A DNA stretch of 63,470 bases, the filler included, from Bigelowiella natans CCMP2755 (taxonomy: Eukaryota > Protista > Cercozoa): the NCBI GenBank assembly GCA_000320545.1. It is 5 parts of 5 records of this genome, joined end to end, with 100 filler letters (N's around TTAATTAATTAA, not from the genome) between each part and the next. Parts side by side here need not be neighbours in the genome. Positions count along the whole stretch, not along the records: positions 1 to 19,087 come from ADNK01001549.1; 4 more parts are not named here. The stretch is one strand, 5' to 3'. Each line of letters opens with the position of its first letter. Within the stretch, counting starts at the first letter, position 1. This document shows positions 1 through 13,598 of this stretch, in pieces. The position numbers and the translations under genes were made by a program. Under the pieces are notes generated by a model. It was given only the letters and a program-made list of their open reading frames with translations. It searched no databases and was not told the DNA's origin.

Positions 1-321
1 CCGGCGTGCTTTGAAGATAACCCCGGTATGGCAATAGCCATCGTGTGCATACTGCTATGTATTGTATGCTGTGTGTAGAGTAGGTAGTACTATGCACGCT
101 CGCTTTTGCTCATAAAAAGCCATAGAATGCAAAATGGGGACGGGCCGTTCAGTGTCATCATTTTGCCGAGTTTAAGGGGGTGGGCGGGGGGCGGGAAGAT
201 ACGATGTTGTTTTGAACCTTGGATATCACAATATTCCTCAGGTCATCTTGTTAATGAATAAAGCTGAGGTAGCACACTTACCCTCTCTCTCTCACACACA
301 CATAGATGGATAATACATATA

Positions 322-361
<40 letters not shown>

Positions 362-1133
362 ATACTGGTTCCTGTGGTCAACCTTTGATGATCATTTGGG
401 CAAGAAAGACGTCAATCATGCATACTACAATTTCCCCAACATCGTAGCCGCAATTAACAGAAAGAATGCGTCCTGCATTTATGTCAATAGGTAAACAATG
501 CAAAGACCCCGCCTCAGTCTCCAGGTAATACTCTTAGAGATAATTTGACTAAAACAGCAAAAATAGGAACAATATCTTGGATGGCATTTTGCTGGTTTTC
601 TCTTCGAAATCTGGCGTCCTTTTCAGCTTAGCGGCCTTGTTTCTCTATAGATTATGCTATTGCTATTTAACTGATATCTGATATTTTTAATGTATATATA
701 AATATATATACATATAATATAATTTATATAACATATTTAGATGTTATATATATTATTATCATATAATGCTACTAGCAAAAGTAGACGAACGCGTTTGAAT
801 TTCAAGATTCGCTGATTTGGCTGCTGCGATTCGTGCATTTTAAGGATAACGGTTTCCCCCCCCTCCACTCTCTCCCTCGCAACCCACAACTATCAGCATC
901 TCCCAAATCCCCTGCCCCCAGTCTGTGGACGCAGTTAATCGGCGAAAACATATCGGTCATTCACGTAATCCATGTACTGTTACCGACGATGAATGAAGGC
1001 TAGAAGGGTTGTTTCGTGTCGCGGAGAGCCGGGGGTAGAGAGGACGATGGGATGGGCAGAAAAGGAAGGGGGTTAATCTTCTCACGGCAGCGAATACAAA
1101 AGAGGAAAAATCGAATGTAGTTTGTATCCCAAC

Positions 1134-1167
<34 letters not shown>

Positions 1168-1249
1168 TATATTAATATATTAATATTGTGTTGTGTGTGT
1201 GTGTGTGTGTGCGCGCGCGCGTGTATGTGTATTCTGCCGTGATCATCAG

Positions 1250-1679
1250 GTTGGATTCCTGGGTGCTCGTGGTGTATCATCCATGACGGGGGAAAATCTC
1301 CAAGAATCCCTCGATAGGCTATTGAACGAAGTGAGTAGTCGTTTCACCAGCAGAGACATGCCAGAGGGGGGGGGGGGGGCAGATCTAGTAAAGCCTTGCT
1401 ATCAGAGTTTTTCCCACCCTCGCTGTTATCTCCACCAGAGGACATAAAAAAAAAGGAAAAAAGAAGGAAACATATTAAAATACATCGACGATTTATGGCT
1501 CTGTAGTTGTGCGTTGATGGGTCTGTACGTTGGTGGTGCTGTGTTGTCTGCATGTTGCGCGGATGTAGCTCGTTTTCTTTTTCAGTCGGGAATGAATGCC
1601 TTCTATTTGTGTGCCTCCGTGTGCCGCTGCTGTTTAATAGGTTTATGATGCGAAAGTGCTGGAGGAAGTTCGCACGTAA
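1250..1679 (+). CDS. 3' exons of a probable small GTPase-like protein (5' exons not resolved)
   Basis: AG|exon 1250-1330 (VGFLGARGVSSMTGENLQESLDRLLNE)|GTGAGT joins in phase 0 to AG|exon 1641-1679 (VYDAKVLEEVRT*). VSSMTGEN resembles the G5 SAxTGxN motif plus terminal helix of P-loop GTPases. Confidence 0.35.
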
Positions 1680-4195
1680 TTATAATAGCTACGATCGCCT
1701 CGATATTTCATGCATATATGATATGTGCAGTAGCCAAGTATGGCATCAACACAGGGACCTGGAGACTTAGATGATGGCGTGGATATGCTTTTGTGAAATA
1801 CGCGATTTTCAAAGCCTTTGAGGCCACTTTGCGAGCATGTTTTTAAACGTTTTCCGGGGCGCTAAAGCACATATATTGGAAAAGAGCAGAAACTGTTCGA
1901 TAAGGGGCGACGAAGCCCGCAATTTGTTTGGCCACAAATTACAGGGATTCGTCGTTGTATCGATGCCTCTTAGTTGTAGAAACAGTAGGCATCACTTGTT
2001 AATTCAAGATTATTAAACCGGCGGTTTCTGTCCGTCATTAGCTGTGTGCTTGCGCCAAATTTTTCTTCCATACAATGTATCGATTGATATCTCTTCAGGA
2101 TGGAAAGACAAGAATGGAGTGGAACGAGAAGCAGTCGAAGGGCCAAAGCTACCGATGTTGATCTGGTAAAGAGTTGTGTGCAAATTATTCACTGAATAGA
2201 GTCTTAACACCGCATCTTTCATCCGCCCGGGCAGGAGACGGTTCGGCTTTACTGGAAAAAAGTTGTATAGACTGATGATTTCCCATTGTTATTTCGCCGT
2301 GCTGTTCGTGCTGTTCTAACTTCAGGTGCATCGGCTTTTGCTCTGTGGTGAGTGATGGATTGAGCAGATTTTAAATCAGCTAGTTCTTCCATCGAAATTC
2401 GCCATTGTTTAGCTGATGTCACAACGCGTGCCAGCAATGCTAGAATGTATGCATGATGAGAGCTAGAGAGCTTTGGATTTTCAAAATTGAAAAAGCAAAT
2501 CTGTCGCGAAGTCAACACATGCTAGCATGGCTTTCATTGTTTCCATCTTGGTTGGTATAGATTGGGAACGTGTGCATACGCGCAGGTGTGCGATCTGCAT
2601 GACACATGCATCGAAGCGACTCGATAGAGTCATCAATGAGCAAAACACAGAGCCCTCCCTGCTACTAGCCTGCATAGGCAAAAGAGAATGAAAAGTTGAC
2701 AACTTGGGAGGAAGAAATTCGCATCAATACCCCCAGTGAAGCGCAGCTGATCGACAAATTCGGCGCGTTCCATTATGGCTGGAACAATGATGAAAGCATC
2801 GCTTAGCTGTAACAATTGCCGCAGTCGATCTGGGCGTGGCATGCCGCCGAAGACTGCCCGAGACAAGAACCACCACGGCCTGCATGCCGTGGCAAACGAC
2901 ATCAGGAGCAAATCTAAATTTGATTGATGGACCTTCTTTTTATTCTCATGCAGAGGCAGCGGCCACAGGTTTTTAAACAGAGCTCAGTAGCGCTACGCTA
3001 TGGCATTGCGTGGCCGTGCTCGGGCTAACCAGATGTGACAGATGATGGAAACATTCACATTCTTTTGAGACAGCGTACGTGGGAATGCATTATTGGCCTC
3101 ACAGCACACACATGGATAGAGATGCGATGTTACGTTCATTGACCAATGCATTTAGTCCGATGGCACATGATGCATGTTGTGCGTGCGCAACAACATGCAG
3201 CGCGGCATGTGCATGGCAGCGCGCGGATGGATGGTCATGGACGCATGCAACAGTCGTGAGTAGAGTGGAAATTGGAGTTGTCGTTTGCTACATGCATGCG
3301 CGAGACGCGTTTGCGCTGCAGCCGTCGATCATCAGCTGCAATGTTCAACATTCGATTTGGCTATGCGCACGATGCGACACTGCAGACTGCCGCCTTGCTA
3401 GCTTGCAATCCTCACGAATGACAATGCAGCAGCCTAAATGATGAAAGCAGCACAGCAACCAGCACAGCCTAGCAGCTAGAGACTAATGTGTGCATGAACA
3501 TGCACATTGGGCAATGATCGACGGCGGGGCGTTGTGCGCTGAGTGACACGCTCAATGCGCGCCATGCGCGTGCGTCGTGAAGCCGCCGTGTGTGTGTTGG
3601 GGGGGGGGGGAAGATGCCACAGACCCCACCCTCCAGAATTGGAGATTGTTGGGGTTAGGACATCATGGGCAAAGCCCATGAAGTGGGGAAGAAAGAATGT
3701 TGGTGACAGGCGCTGAGCGCGCCTGTCACCAAGCCAACAACATGCGCCATGCGCCCGCCGTCGCCTTCATTCCCCAAAAATCACACGAAAAACTTGTTTC
3801 TTGCACATCCTCATCAACCCCATTTTCTCAGTGGTGACTTTGGAAATTGAGAACTCGAAAACCGGGAAAACATTTGAAATTTGATTCCAAATTTGCGCTC
3901 TCATTTTAGATCAATGTCATCGCATCATCCCTGCACGTCGCTGGGCAAAAATGAAAGGGAATCCAAATTCTCAGCATGATCAGTTTTTGTGACACCCGCG
4001 CAGACACGCATCTCAGACCCGGACGAAACACCGTGAAAAAATGAACTTGCGGGAACCCTGGTTTTCTAACAGAAAACTGAGAAACTGCTTTCACACAAGT
4101 CGTTGTTTTGCAATGACGGCATATTCGATGCACACTTCTTGCCGATGCAGTAACGCACCTCGAATCGTTGATAGTCGGTCGCACCAGGTCCTACA

Positions 4196-5678
4196 ATGAG
4201 CGACGAAGACGAGGACGATGTTATGGACACAGTCCTCATCCTGGATCTCAGCAGTTCCCTTTTGAAAGTGGGTTACGCCGGGGCGAAGAGACCGCACGGA
4301 AAGATTGAACCGGTGGTGGGAAGCCCCGGCCCGAACTCGAAGATTAGGAGGGAAGTTTACGGAGATGAGGCGCTGCTTCATTCGAGCAATATGTTGTTAT
4401 CGCACCCGATATCGAGGGGAAAGATTAAGGATTGGGAGGGGTTAGAGAAGCTCGCAAAGTATGCTTTCGAGTCGGAGGCCAGAGCTCTCGTCCAGGAAAA
4501 CCCAGTCATTGTCTGCATGCCTTACGATGCCCCGAGGGAGGACTGGGAGAAGATGACTAAGATGATGTTCGAAAAATTCAGTGTTCCGTTTCTCCATTTG
4601 GTGGATCCAGCGGTCAGATCAACTCGAGATTTCGCGTTCTTCACACTGCCTTAACCTCATCCCGTCTGGGCTGTTTACACCGTTGTTCACGACCCACATC
4701 CCTTGATTCCTCCTTCTGTTTATCGTGCGATTCCAGGTTGCAGCGCTATGCTACGCCCAATCCGGGGGAAATGACTTCCGAATAACGGGATGTGCCGTGC
4801 ACGCAGATCTAGTACTTGAAACTTGAATCCCCAAAACACCCCACGTCAAACTAGAGACCATATGGTGTATAATACTTACAGAAACCTACCCCCACGTTCA
4901 GGTGACTCATGCTGTTCCTGTTGTCGATGGACGCGCAGTGAAAGGTGCTATATCTTCGTTGGACTTTGGCATGCAGGAGTTGACAGTCTGTCTCAAGGAG
5001 CTGCTTATGGGATCCAAGACTCAAGGGAAAAGCGGACTGGAGACGCTGAAAGAATCTTTGAAGTCAGCAGCAGCTGCAGATTCAACAGTTCCGTTTGGTA
5101 TGGAACGAAAGGATTTCTTGAGGGACGAATCTCTGAAGGTTCTTGGCAGGTCCATTCGCCGCGAGCTCATGTTTTCAAAAACATCTTCAGACTTCGAGAA
5201 AGACTGCACACACTACTCCGCAGAGCAAGTGCAAGAGATCGAGCTAACCTCCACAAGCAAGGTCCAGGTTGGGAAAGAACGTGTCATTGTTCCCGAAGTC
5301 ATTTACAGGCCAGAGATTTCGAAGACTAGCAATGGATCCCTGATTGATATTTGTCATAACGCCATCAAATCTTGTGAAAAAAAAACCCACAAAGCTCTGC
5401 TTTCAAATGTCACCATGTTCGGGTCCGTAGGCAATGTCAAACATGCTGATAAACGACTTCAAGATGAACTTGCCAGGAAAATCGACGATAAAGATACAAA
5501 GGTCCGGGTAATGCAGTCGAACATAGGAATGGATGATGCTTTTTACGGAGCCATGTTGCTGCGTCAGAAGCTGAAGAAAAACGGCGATTCGGAGGAGTCG
5601 TGGATTGGAATGGATGAGTATGAGGAGAGTGGTGCAGTAGACATGGCAGGAAAATGTTGGAGTATGTACTATATGTGA
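4196..5678 (+). CDS. Divergent actin-related protein (actin fold), at least 3 exons
   Basis: ILDLSSSLLKVGYAG ~ actin DNGSGMCKAGFAG; YGDEA; HPISRGKIKDWEGLEK; EKMTKMMFEKFSVP; VTHAVPVVDG; ERVIVPEVIYRP; SWIGMDEYEESG ~ MWISKQEYDESG. GT-AG intron 4613-4736 and an acceptor at 4900-4901. Confidence 0.9.
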
Positions 5679-6324
5679 AACTAGCGGATCGTTATTTTCA
5701 TATGCACACCAGCTTTATTAGTTGGGGGTCGCTCTTCTAGGCTGTGCTTTTCATGCATGATTTTTTGCATACAACTTCGTCAAACTCGGTGACCGACCAC
5801 TAGGTTTTGCTTGAGTAATCCGGGGTGTCCGCGGCGTGCGCTGCCGCATTGCGAGAGGCTCTAGTCTCATGCACCCGCACGTATGTATATGCTTGAGAAA
5901 CGTGCACAGGTTTTGAAAACGTACGTGCGCATTTTATTATTACTAGAGACGCAGCGCGGCGTGCTGAGCAATACAATGCTATAATGCAACTTCCTTCATC
6001 AAGCACACGTGCACTGTAAGATGTACATTGGTATCTGCCTGTGCAAAAACTTCGATTCCCAATGTGTACTGCATTACTTCGTTATATTTATCAACATTAT
6101 ATACAAATTTTAAACGCTGTACGTCTGCTACTACACACGTAATCGGCCGGCTTGATAAATGTACATTAGGGTTATTAGGTTCTACTTTTGCTCTCTTCCA
6201 GGTGACTGACCGCTTACCCCTCCTCTTGACCCCCTCTACTTGGCCCTTTGCTTGCTGCGAGAGGAAAAACATTTCCAACGTAGTTACTGCTAAAAATCCC
6301 CACCGTTTCCCGCCTGGCATTCCA

Positions 6325-8548
6325 TTACTTCTCTGCTTTCGCTTCCCCGCCCCCTTTCTCATTCTGGGACTTCTGGTGCGAGCCTTTTCCCTCACCCCCC
6401 CTACTCTCCGGTTCTTCTATATTGCCACCAGCCTGAGGCGGCGTGCCCCCTCCCGGCGCAGCAGCAGCGTAGTCGACATGAGGAATGAACTTCGGCGGTC
6501 GCATCGCCTTCGTCGCTTGCTCGAAGGAGAACGCGAGCCGAAGCAGCACGTCCTCCCTCCAAGGCCCCGAGAAGAAGCTCATCCCCACTGGCAAATGTCC
6601 GGCGACGAATCCCGCGGGGACAGTGATGTGAGGGTACCCTGCTACAGCCGCAGGTGTCGCACTGAGTGTGTACCCCTCCCCCCCAGCTCCCGAGGGGTCT
6701 TGTGCTAGTCTGCTACAGGCTTGCTCGCTGTCCCCGCCCCCCGCGCGGCCGCGAACCACCTGCCACGGCACACCCATAGAGGGGCAGACGATGGCATCTA
6801 AACTGTGTTTGCTCATCGCACGATCAATCCCCTCTCCCCGCGAGAGACGGCGTATCGCCGTCAGAAACGACTTGTACTCCTTGTCCTCGAGCCCCCCGCG
6901 TTTGCTCGCTAAAACCACGCGCTCCTGCGCGAAGTGAGGCATCACTGTGTCTTTGTGCTTGAGATTGAAGGCGATGAGCTCCTCGATGTTGCGGATGAAG
7001 GATTTACGGGGGGGAAGGTTATTAGAAGCATAAGAAGACATACTAGAGTTGCATTCTACACCAGTCCGGCTCTCTCCCTCCCGCCCCCCCCCCCTCTGCT
7101 CCCCGCTGCTGCAAGTCTTTGAATCTGCGGCGGCGGCGACCGTTTTCAGGTAAGCATTCAGGCCCGCTTTGAACTCATACTGCAGCACCGCGCGCTCTTG
7201 ATCCCGGTAGCGCTCGGGGCAGAGCGTGGGGGGGAGGGGGTCGACGATGACAGCTCCCTTCTCCCTCATCACAGCGAGACCGTCCTCGAAGACCTTAGCC
7301 ACCTCTTTGTCCAACGGAAACAGCTCTCGCGCCACGCCTATTCGCGCCCCTTTCAGCCCGTCCTCCTTGAGATGAAGCCGGTAATCGACGGAGCGCGGAG
7401 CGCGTTTGTCGCAGGTGGCCAGGTCCGTCTCGTCGGCAGCGCAGCACATAGCGGAGAGGAGTATGGCGGCGTCCTTCACCGTGCGGGCCATCGGCCCGGG
7501 CGTGTCTTGAGTGCAGGAGATGGGGATTATGCCGCTTCGACTGGCTAACCCCACGGTTGGCTTCAGGCCCACTAGCGAGCAGCAAGCTGCTGGCCACACG
7601 ATCGAGCCGTCCGTCTCCGTTCCAATGGCCGCGCAACCCAAGCCAGCAGCGACGGCGCTCGCCGAGCCCGAGCTCGACCCCATCGCTGTTCTGTCGAGGA
7701 CGTATGGATTGCGGGTCAGGCCGCCTCGAGAACACCAACCGCTGATGGAGCTTGTGGATCGGAAATTCGCCCACTCGCTCATGCTCGTCTTGCCGAGCAG
7801 CACAGCGCCGTTTTCCCGTAGCTTTCGGAGAACGAACGCGTCTTCCCGGGCGCGGTGACCGAGGAGGGCTATCGAGCCGGCAGTCGTTTGCATGGAATCG
7901 CTGAATGTGGGAGTGACATTATTGCTAATGAAGCCGTTGGTAGTTTTGATATAGAATGGGAGGGAGGACTTCGGTGCGTATTATTCTTCTTTCTTTCTTT
8001 CTTTCGTTCTTACCCGCTGTTGATATTGTCCTTGACCAGAATGGGAATCCCTGCGGGAGTCGGGGAAAGTCAGCGTGTGCCCGCTTCCCATTTGCTTTTA
8101 TGTGATTCAGACTCACCTCCCTTTCCCCCACCCTGACGAAATAAATTGGAATAAAAACAGTAATACCGTGCAGCATGCCTCGATTAATTCCCCGCGTCCG
8201 CTCTTCGTCTGATAGTGTATGAAACGAGAACTAAGCGCAATGCACATCGAGATGAAATGGCTATTTACCACGCTCTTTTGCTATGCTTATCGCATCTGGA
8301 TTAGTCTCCATAATGCTCCGCAGGCATGGCGAAGAATGGTTTTCTTTGCCACTACGTGGCTGATCGATTTCCTTAATTCGCCTCAAAAAAGCTTTCGTCA
8401 ACTCCACAGACGTTATGTCCCCGGAGGCCATCAGCTTTTGCAGCGTCTCGATGTCCGAACCCATCACATGATCAACCGACTTCTTTGAATCAGCCGGAGA
8501 TGATCGAGCCACACGTCCTCGCTGCTCGGGCTGGCCGACGGTCGCCAT
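6325..8548 (-). CDS. Amidase signature family enzyme (Ser-cisSer-Lys; peptide amidase-like)
   Basis: Small 5' exons splice to give ...LHG|IPILVKDNI (catalytic Lys), then MQTTAGS, GKTSMSEWANFRS, GSSSGS, GTETDGSI (nucleophile Ser), GLKPTVG, QDTPGPM and AGYPHITVP. Confidence 0.93.
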
Positions 8549-8820
8549 TGGGCATCCAAGTGTCGAGGGGAGAGGTTTTTTGAGATGCGAACTACTTTGG
8601 CATGTTTATTGCTTATAAAGTTATCCAAATTAGATAGATGACAGTACAATAGTTACAATACTTACTGATTCCTTGATCCAAGTTCAGAAATTACCCCAAT
8701 TATATCGAATGAAGTGATTACGACAGAATTTTAGCGATTTTTGTTTGCCGAATAGGTTTTTTCATGTCGCACAATAAAAATCTCATTAATTTCCAGTATT
8801 GGCCAGAGAACGTCTCCAAG

Positions 8821-9949
8821 ATGCTCGCGTACACGTATGCAGAGGTGCTGCCCCCTCCTCCTTACTTCCTCATCCTCACGCGACTGCCAACACCAAAGCT
8901 ATGCATTCGCGCAACGGATCGAGAGTAGAAAGCGACGGTTGATTTTTTCAGGAGTATGCTGTCGCTGTGGTTGGATGTGTTGCGACACACGCTTATTTAT
9001 CATCATGGACTGTATGTTTGATGTCTGTTTCCACACAGCGAATGCAAGCCGACGCGAAAGGAATGATCCGCCATCCCGTCTTCAACCAATCGTGGCCTTC
9101 ACGGAGCCATTCCAAACGGAAGAAGACTGAGCAGAAGGAGTCGGAGCAAAATGCATCCTCCTCCTCCTCCTCCTCTTCCTCTTCCACTTCCTGCTCTTCC
9201 CTCCTCGCCCCCTCGTCTCCTCCTTCCTCTGCATACGGTTTCGTAACAGGCAACGAGGTTGTTTAAATTCCATTATTTGTGTGATACACCATGCCTGTTT
9301 TGGTCCATTATGCATGAAGTTCCATCTGCATGTCGCATCCGTGGAAATGTTGTGGCTCGGGTGCTCGTAACGACCTCCTCCATCGTAGGACTTGGTCAGC
9401 ATGATTCTGTCTTTTGCTTCGGATATGGCGTGGTAAGTTCTCTGCCCCCCCCCCCCCCCCCCCCCCCCCGTAAGTCGTGCATTGCGAATGACGAATAATC
9501 CACACCGTATGCAATACCCCCCGCTTTCGCCGTTCCCAACTGTACCGTCATCGCATTGAAACAAACATGCAGCTTCTGGGGACAAGCGAGGACGGTGTCC
9601 AAAGCCTGGAAGAAGATCGCATCTGCCAGGGCCCGAAAGTGGGTGGTGCGCGGTGTAACAAATAGGAGATCGTTCGACTATGCGTCGTAGTATTGTTAGC
9701 AAAAGAAGACCTCCTTTCAACTTGATATTGTGCTATATCAGACTGGTGCTGCAGCATAAGGACATGCCATGGAGAGGGTGCTGGTAATGGATACATGATG
9801 GGGGGGGGGCGGGAGGGGGGGAGAGGGTGGATAGTGATGATCGGGTTACTTAATATTCATCTCATAACCCTGAATATCATATTTTAAAGAGATGCATATA
9901 GCTCTATATCTTCGTTATTTATGTAATGCAAACTCTTTCTCCTTCACCT

Positions 9950-10014
<65 letters not shown>

Positions 10015-11120
10015 GCACGCACGCACGCACATCTACCTTCGCAGCGACGAAAGCTTGCGGAATCTGAAATCACAGTAAGTATTGCCTTCACGACACTGTA
10101 TAACAACAATACTCGCGATCATTAAAACCATGCAACGAATGCAGTGAACGATATCGGAACAACATGCGAGAGAAATACGAGACATCAAATGTCCTGCTAC
10201 ACCGCCATCTCGTTTCGCACCGCAGCCCTCAGACGCAAAGCTGCAAACCTTTTCCCGGGCTACTGAACAACACAGCAAATAGAAAAGCATATTTGTTTTT
10301 GATAAGGGGGGAGGAAAAAAAAAAAAAAAAAGTAACGCGAGAAATCGCATCACGCTCGCATGCTAACTCATGCTTTCACCTCCCTTGATCTCATAGATAC
10401 CCACGGCTAGTCGATATAACGGTTAATAGAGGGATTTCAGTCACCAATGCGGGCGTCACGGCACTGATAGAAAGGTTCAGCTCAGCAACCGCCTACAGAA
10501 AGGGGGAGGGAAAGGACAACGAGAATCAATGATACGAAAGGATTCTTTGCGAGGGGAGAGACGAGGCTCAGGAGAATGCGGGATTGCTGATTTAATGGCT
10601 TGTTTTGCGCTGCTGCTGCTGCTGCTGCTGCTGTTTGTTCTTGGTCGTTGGTTGTTGTTTCCTCTAGTTACCGGTCGCAGCTCACAAGACTAGACATCTC
10701 ATTGTGCTTTAACCTCACTGACCGGTTGGTAGTAGGCCTCTGACATGTTGCTTCTGCTGCTGCTGCTGCTGCCGCCTCATCACCACCCATATTTCATTGC
10801 GTATGCTCGTCTTCGTGAGGAGGGGATAGTCACGCGCATTGATGATCAATCCTAATCATCATCGGTATCACCACCATCGTCCTCAGGGCCATCAAGGCGC
10901 TCAGCATGTGCCCGGGACTGCGAGTATTGAATATCTCGGGTTGTGCATGCCTCACAGACCTGAGTAAGAAGCTGCTTGCTGTGTGTTCTCGTACTGATGA
11001 CGCAAATCGAAGCAGCATGTTGTGGCGCGAGGGAATTGTACCGTGTTTGAGTGCTGTAGTCGCGCGATTGAATCTGTCGAACACGTTAGAAATACCTCGT
11101 AAATGATATAAATATATATA

Positions 11121-11162
<42 letters not shown>

Positions 11163-12720
11163 TGTATAGCATTTTGGATTAAGCAAGCAACACACCATCC
11201 CCCTCCTCCTACCCCTCTCACACATATTCCCTCCTCCTACCCCTCTCACACATATTTCTTGTTGGAAAAGGCTTGAAGTACATCGGGAGATCTTGCAAAG
11301 AGCTGGAGGAAATATCAGTGGCCTCCTATAATGACGATTGGGACTTCTTCTCGGACCGAGGCCTTAAGTATTACGTGAGCGTAGTTGAGAGGCTGCGCTT
11401 CGAGACGAAATTAGAAAGCAAAACAAGAAAAAAAACAAACGAGGAAAAAAAGCAACCGCTTCTCATCAGCGACGTTGGTTCATTTTGTTTTCATGGAATC
11501 GCTTGAAGACAAGAATATTGATTTATTCAATTTGTTAAAGGCACAATTCGAATGGGCGCGATGTAAAATGAAAGCATATATTTCCGCCTTCGCCTTCGTC
11601 GCGCCTTTCTCCTCATATTGTCCATCATATCAGTGTAACGTTTCTTTCTTTTGTGCGCATTGCTCGCAGAAATCTGGCCTCGGGGTGCAAGAAACTGAAG
11701 AAGGTGGGGTGCTGCTTGTGTGTGTAGTGTGAGGCGTACAGAGTCGGCAAACGAGAGCGAAGGCGTTCTGTCAAAGGGTCAGCATGTTGTGACTTTGGTT
11801 TGCGTATAGGTCGTGTTGGACGGGAACAACTGTGTGGCGCAGAAGGGGATAATGTGTCTTTTAGAGCGAGGTGGCCATTGCAGATATTTTTGTGTGAAAT
11901 ACTCCTCAATGTGTGCGACAGATAGTGTCGTTCACATCGCAATGTCTGCGGGCACCAAACAACAAAGTTATGTGTATTATGAAACCTTCGAGGCTTGAAG
12001 TTTTGACGGATATCAGAGAGATAGTTCTTCATGAATCTCTCTCTCTCTCTCTCTTTCTCTATTTCTCTCTGTTTGTCTGTCTCTCTCGTCGTTGCGTTGG
12101 CGATTGGATTTCTCGTCATTGATTCGTGGGATAAAATTTGCTCCTTTTTTTGGAAAGGTTCTAAAGTAATATTGGCGACGATGAACTTTGTTTTTCAGTT
12201 GTTTGCTTTTGGTTTCGTGGTGCTATTTCTCAGGACTAGAAGAGCTTAGTCTCAGGGGCTGCGGGTAATTGAATTATGATCAAAATGATTACTTTCGATT
12301 TTGAGTTTTGTGCCCCGTAAATTCATCGAAAATCGTAAAACATTGTATAGGTCTGTTGATGGAGATTGGATTGTAGAAGCTGTTAGGAGCACATGCGGCC
12401 GTCGAGAAGGTGATGATGGAATGCTGAAAAGTAAAACTCTAAGATTCTTAGACCTGAAGAACTGCACCAGGTATACGTCAACAACGCACACTTGTTTCTC
12501 TCTGTTTTTAGCTCGAAAATGCAACATGCCAGTGTGTGGTATTATGCGTTTTCATTCCAATTTGACAAGATCAAGGCTCTGCAGACGAATACTAGTCCAC
12601 AAGTGATACGTTTCAACGAGTGAGGTCCACTTCAAAGCATGGTGCCTTGTGTATGATCAAAGGGTTCGAAAAGAGCACATTATAGCACTCCGGGAGTTGG
12701 GAATCGTGATTAATCATTGA
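8821..12720 (+). CDS. F-box/leucine-rich repeat protein (FBXL-like), many short exons; start approximate
   Basis: Spliced F-box NE|DLVSMILSFASDM...ARTVSKAWKKIA. Cys-containing LRRs LTRLDISLCFNLTDR, CPGLRVLNISGCACLTD, GLKYIGRSCKELEEISV, SGCKKLKK, LRFLDLKNCT. Probable last exon VRKEHIIALRELGIVINH* (12663-12720). Confidence 0.8.
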
Positions 12721-13598
12721 GAGCATCCTCACGCTGAAAACGTCCAGGCACGAGCCGTAGCAATACAGCATTTGCTCTTTAGAGGAAACGTAAGTGCGGC
12801 GACGTGCTCAAAAGAATGATACAGCAAGATTATTTGTATGCATGCCCAAGATGAATTTCACTGGAGTCGTGCATGCTACAAAGCTAGACTCAACCATATC
12901 AGCTTTATTGGCACATGGGTTTAACCGTGAGAACACACACACACATGCAAAATATGCGCGCAATCGATGTCGCTTGAATGCCATGTGCCATACTAACATA
13001 GGATATCTGTGGATAGCAACGCTTCGTACTAAATATAGATTTGAAAAAACGACGGTGGGCATGGAACGTGCAGCTTATACGTTAGCTAATTTGTGATACA
13101 TCATAATAGCAATGCCAGCTAGCCAGCAAGGACTAGAAAAGAGAAAGAAATTTTGGGATTATTTTTTTACACACCGAGGACAGATGTGCATACTAGCATC
13201 ACCGCGAATGCAAATGAAATGCTTCCAATGACTGCACAGCTCTGCTGAGAGCAGAACTAAAAAGATCAAGGGGGCCATGTCACCAAGTGCGCTGCATGTT
13301 TGCCGCACACTGTCAACAGCCTGAATCAAGCCGAACTAGCGAACATGAGTGAGGAAAAAAGGAAGGGTCAACATTCAAAATGCGTGATCACTTCAACGCT
13401 CGAACAAGATGTGCCAATCTAGCAATGGCACTTCTTGACGCCTGAAACGCGCTGGGTGTGCCTCAAACTACATGGACTCTGTGACCTACACGTGCACACG
13501 CGCAAAAACAAACTTGCATCTAGGCATGTCAGTTGTTCATGTGTGTGCAAAAAGGCACTTGTCTGTGTGCTTTTCACATCCACACGTGCCAGTGTGCA

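Noticed and set aside
2013-2911. Cluster of short minus-strand ORFs
   Set aside because: No domain or consistent splice model could be built.
6028-7858. Overlapping plus-strand ORFs over the amidase
   Set aside because: These are antisense ORFs of a GC-rich exon with no recognisable motifs.
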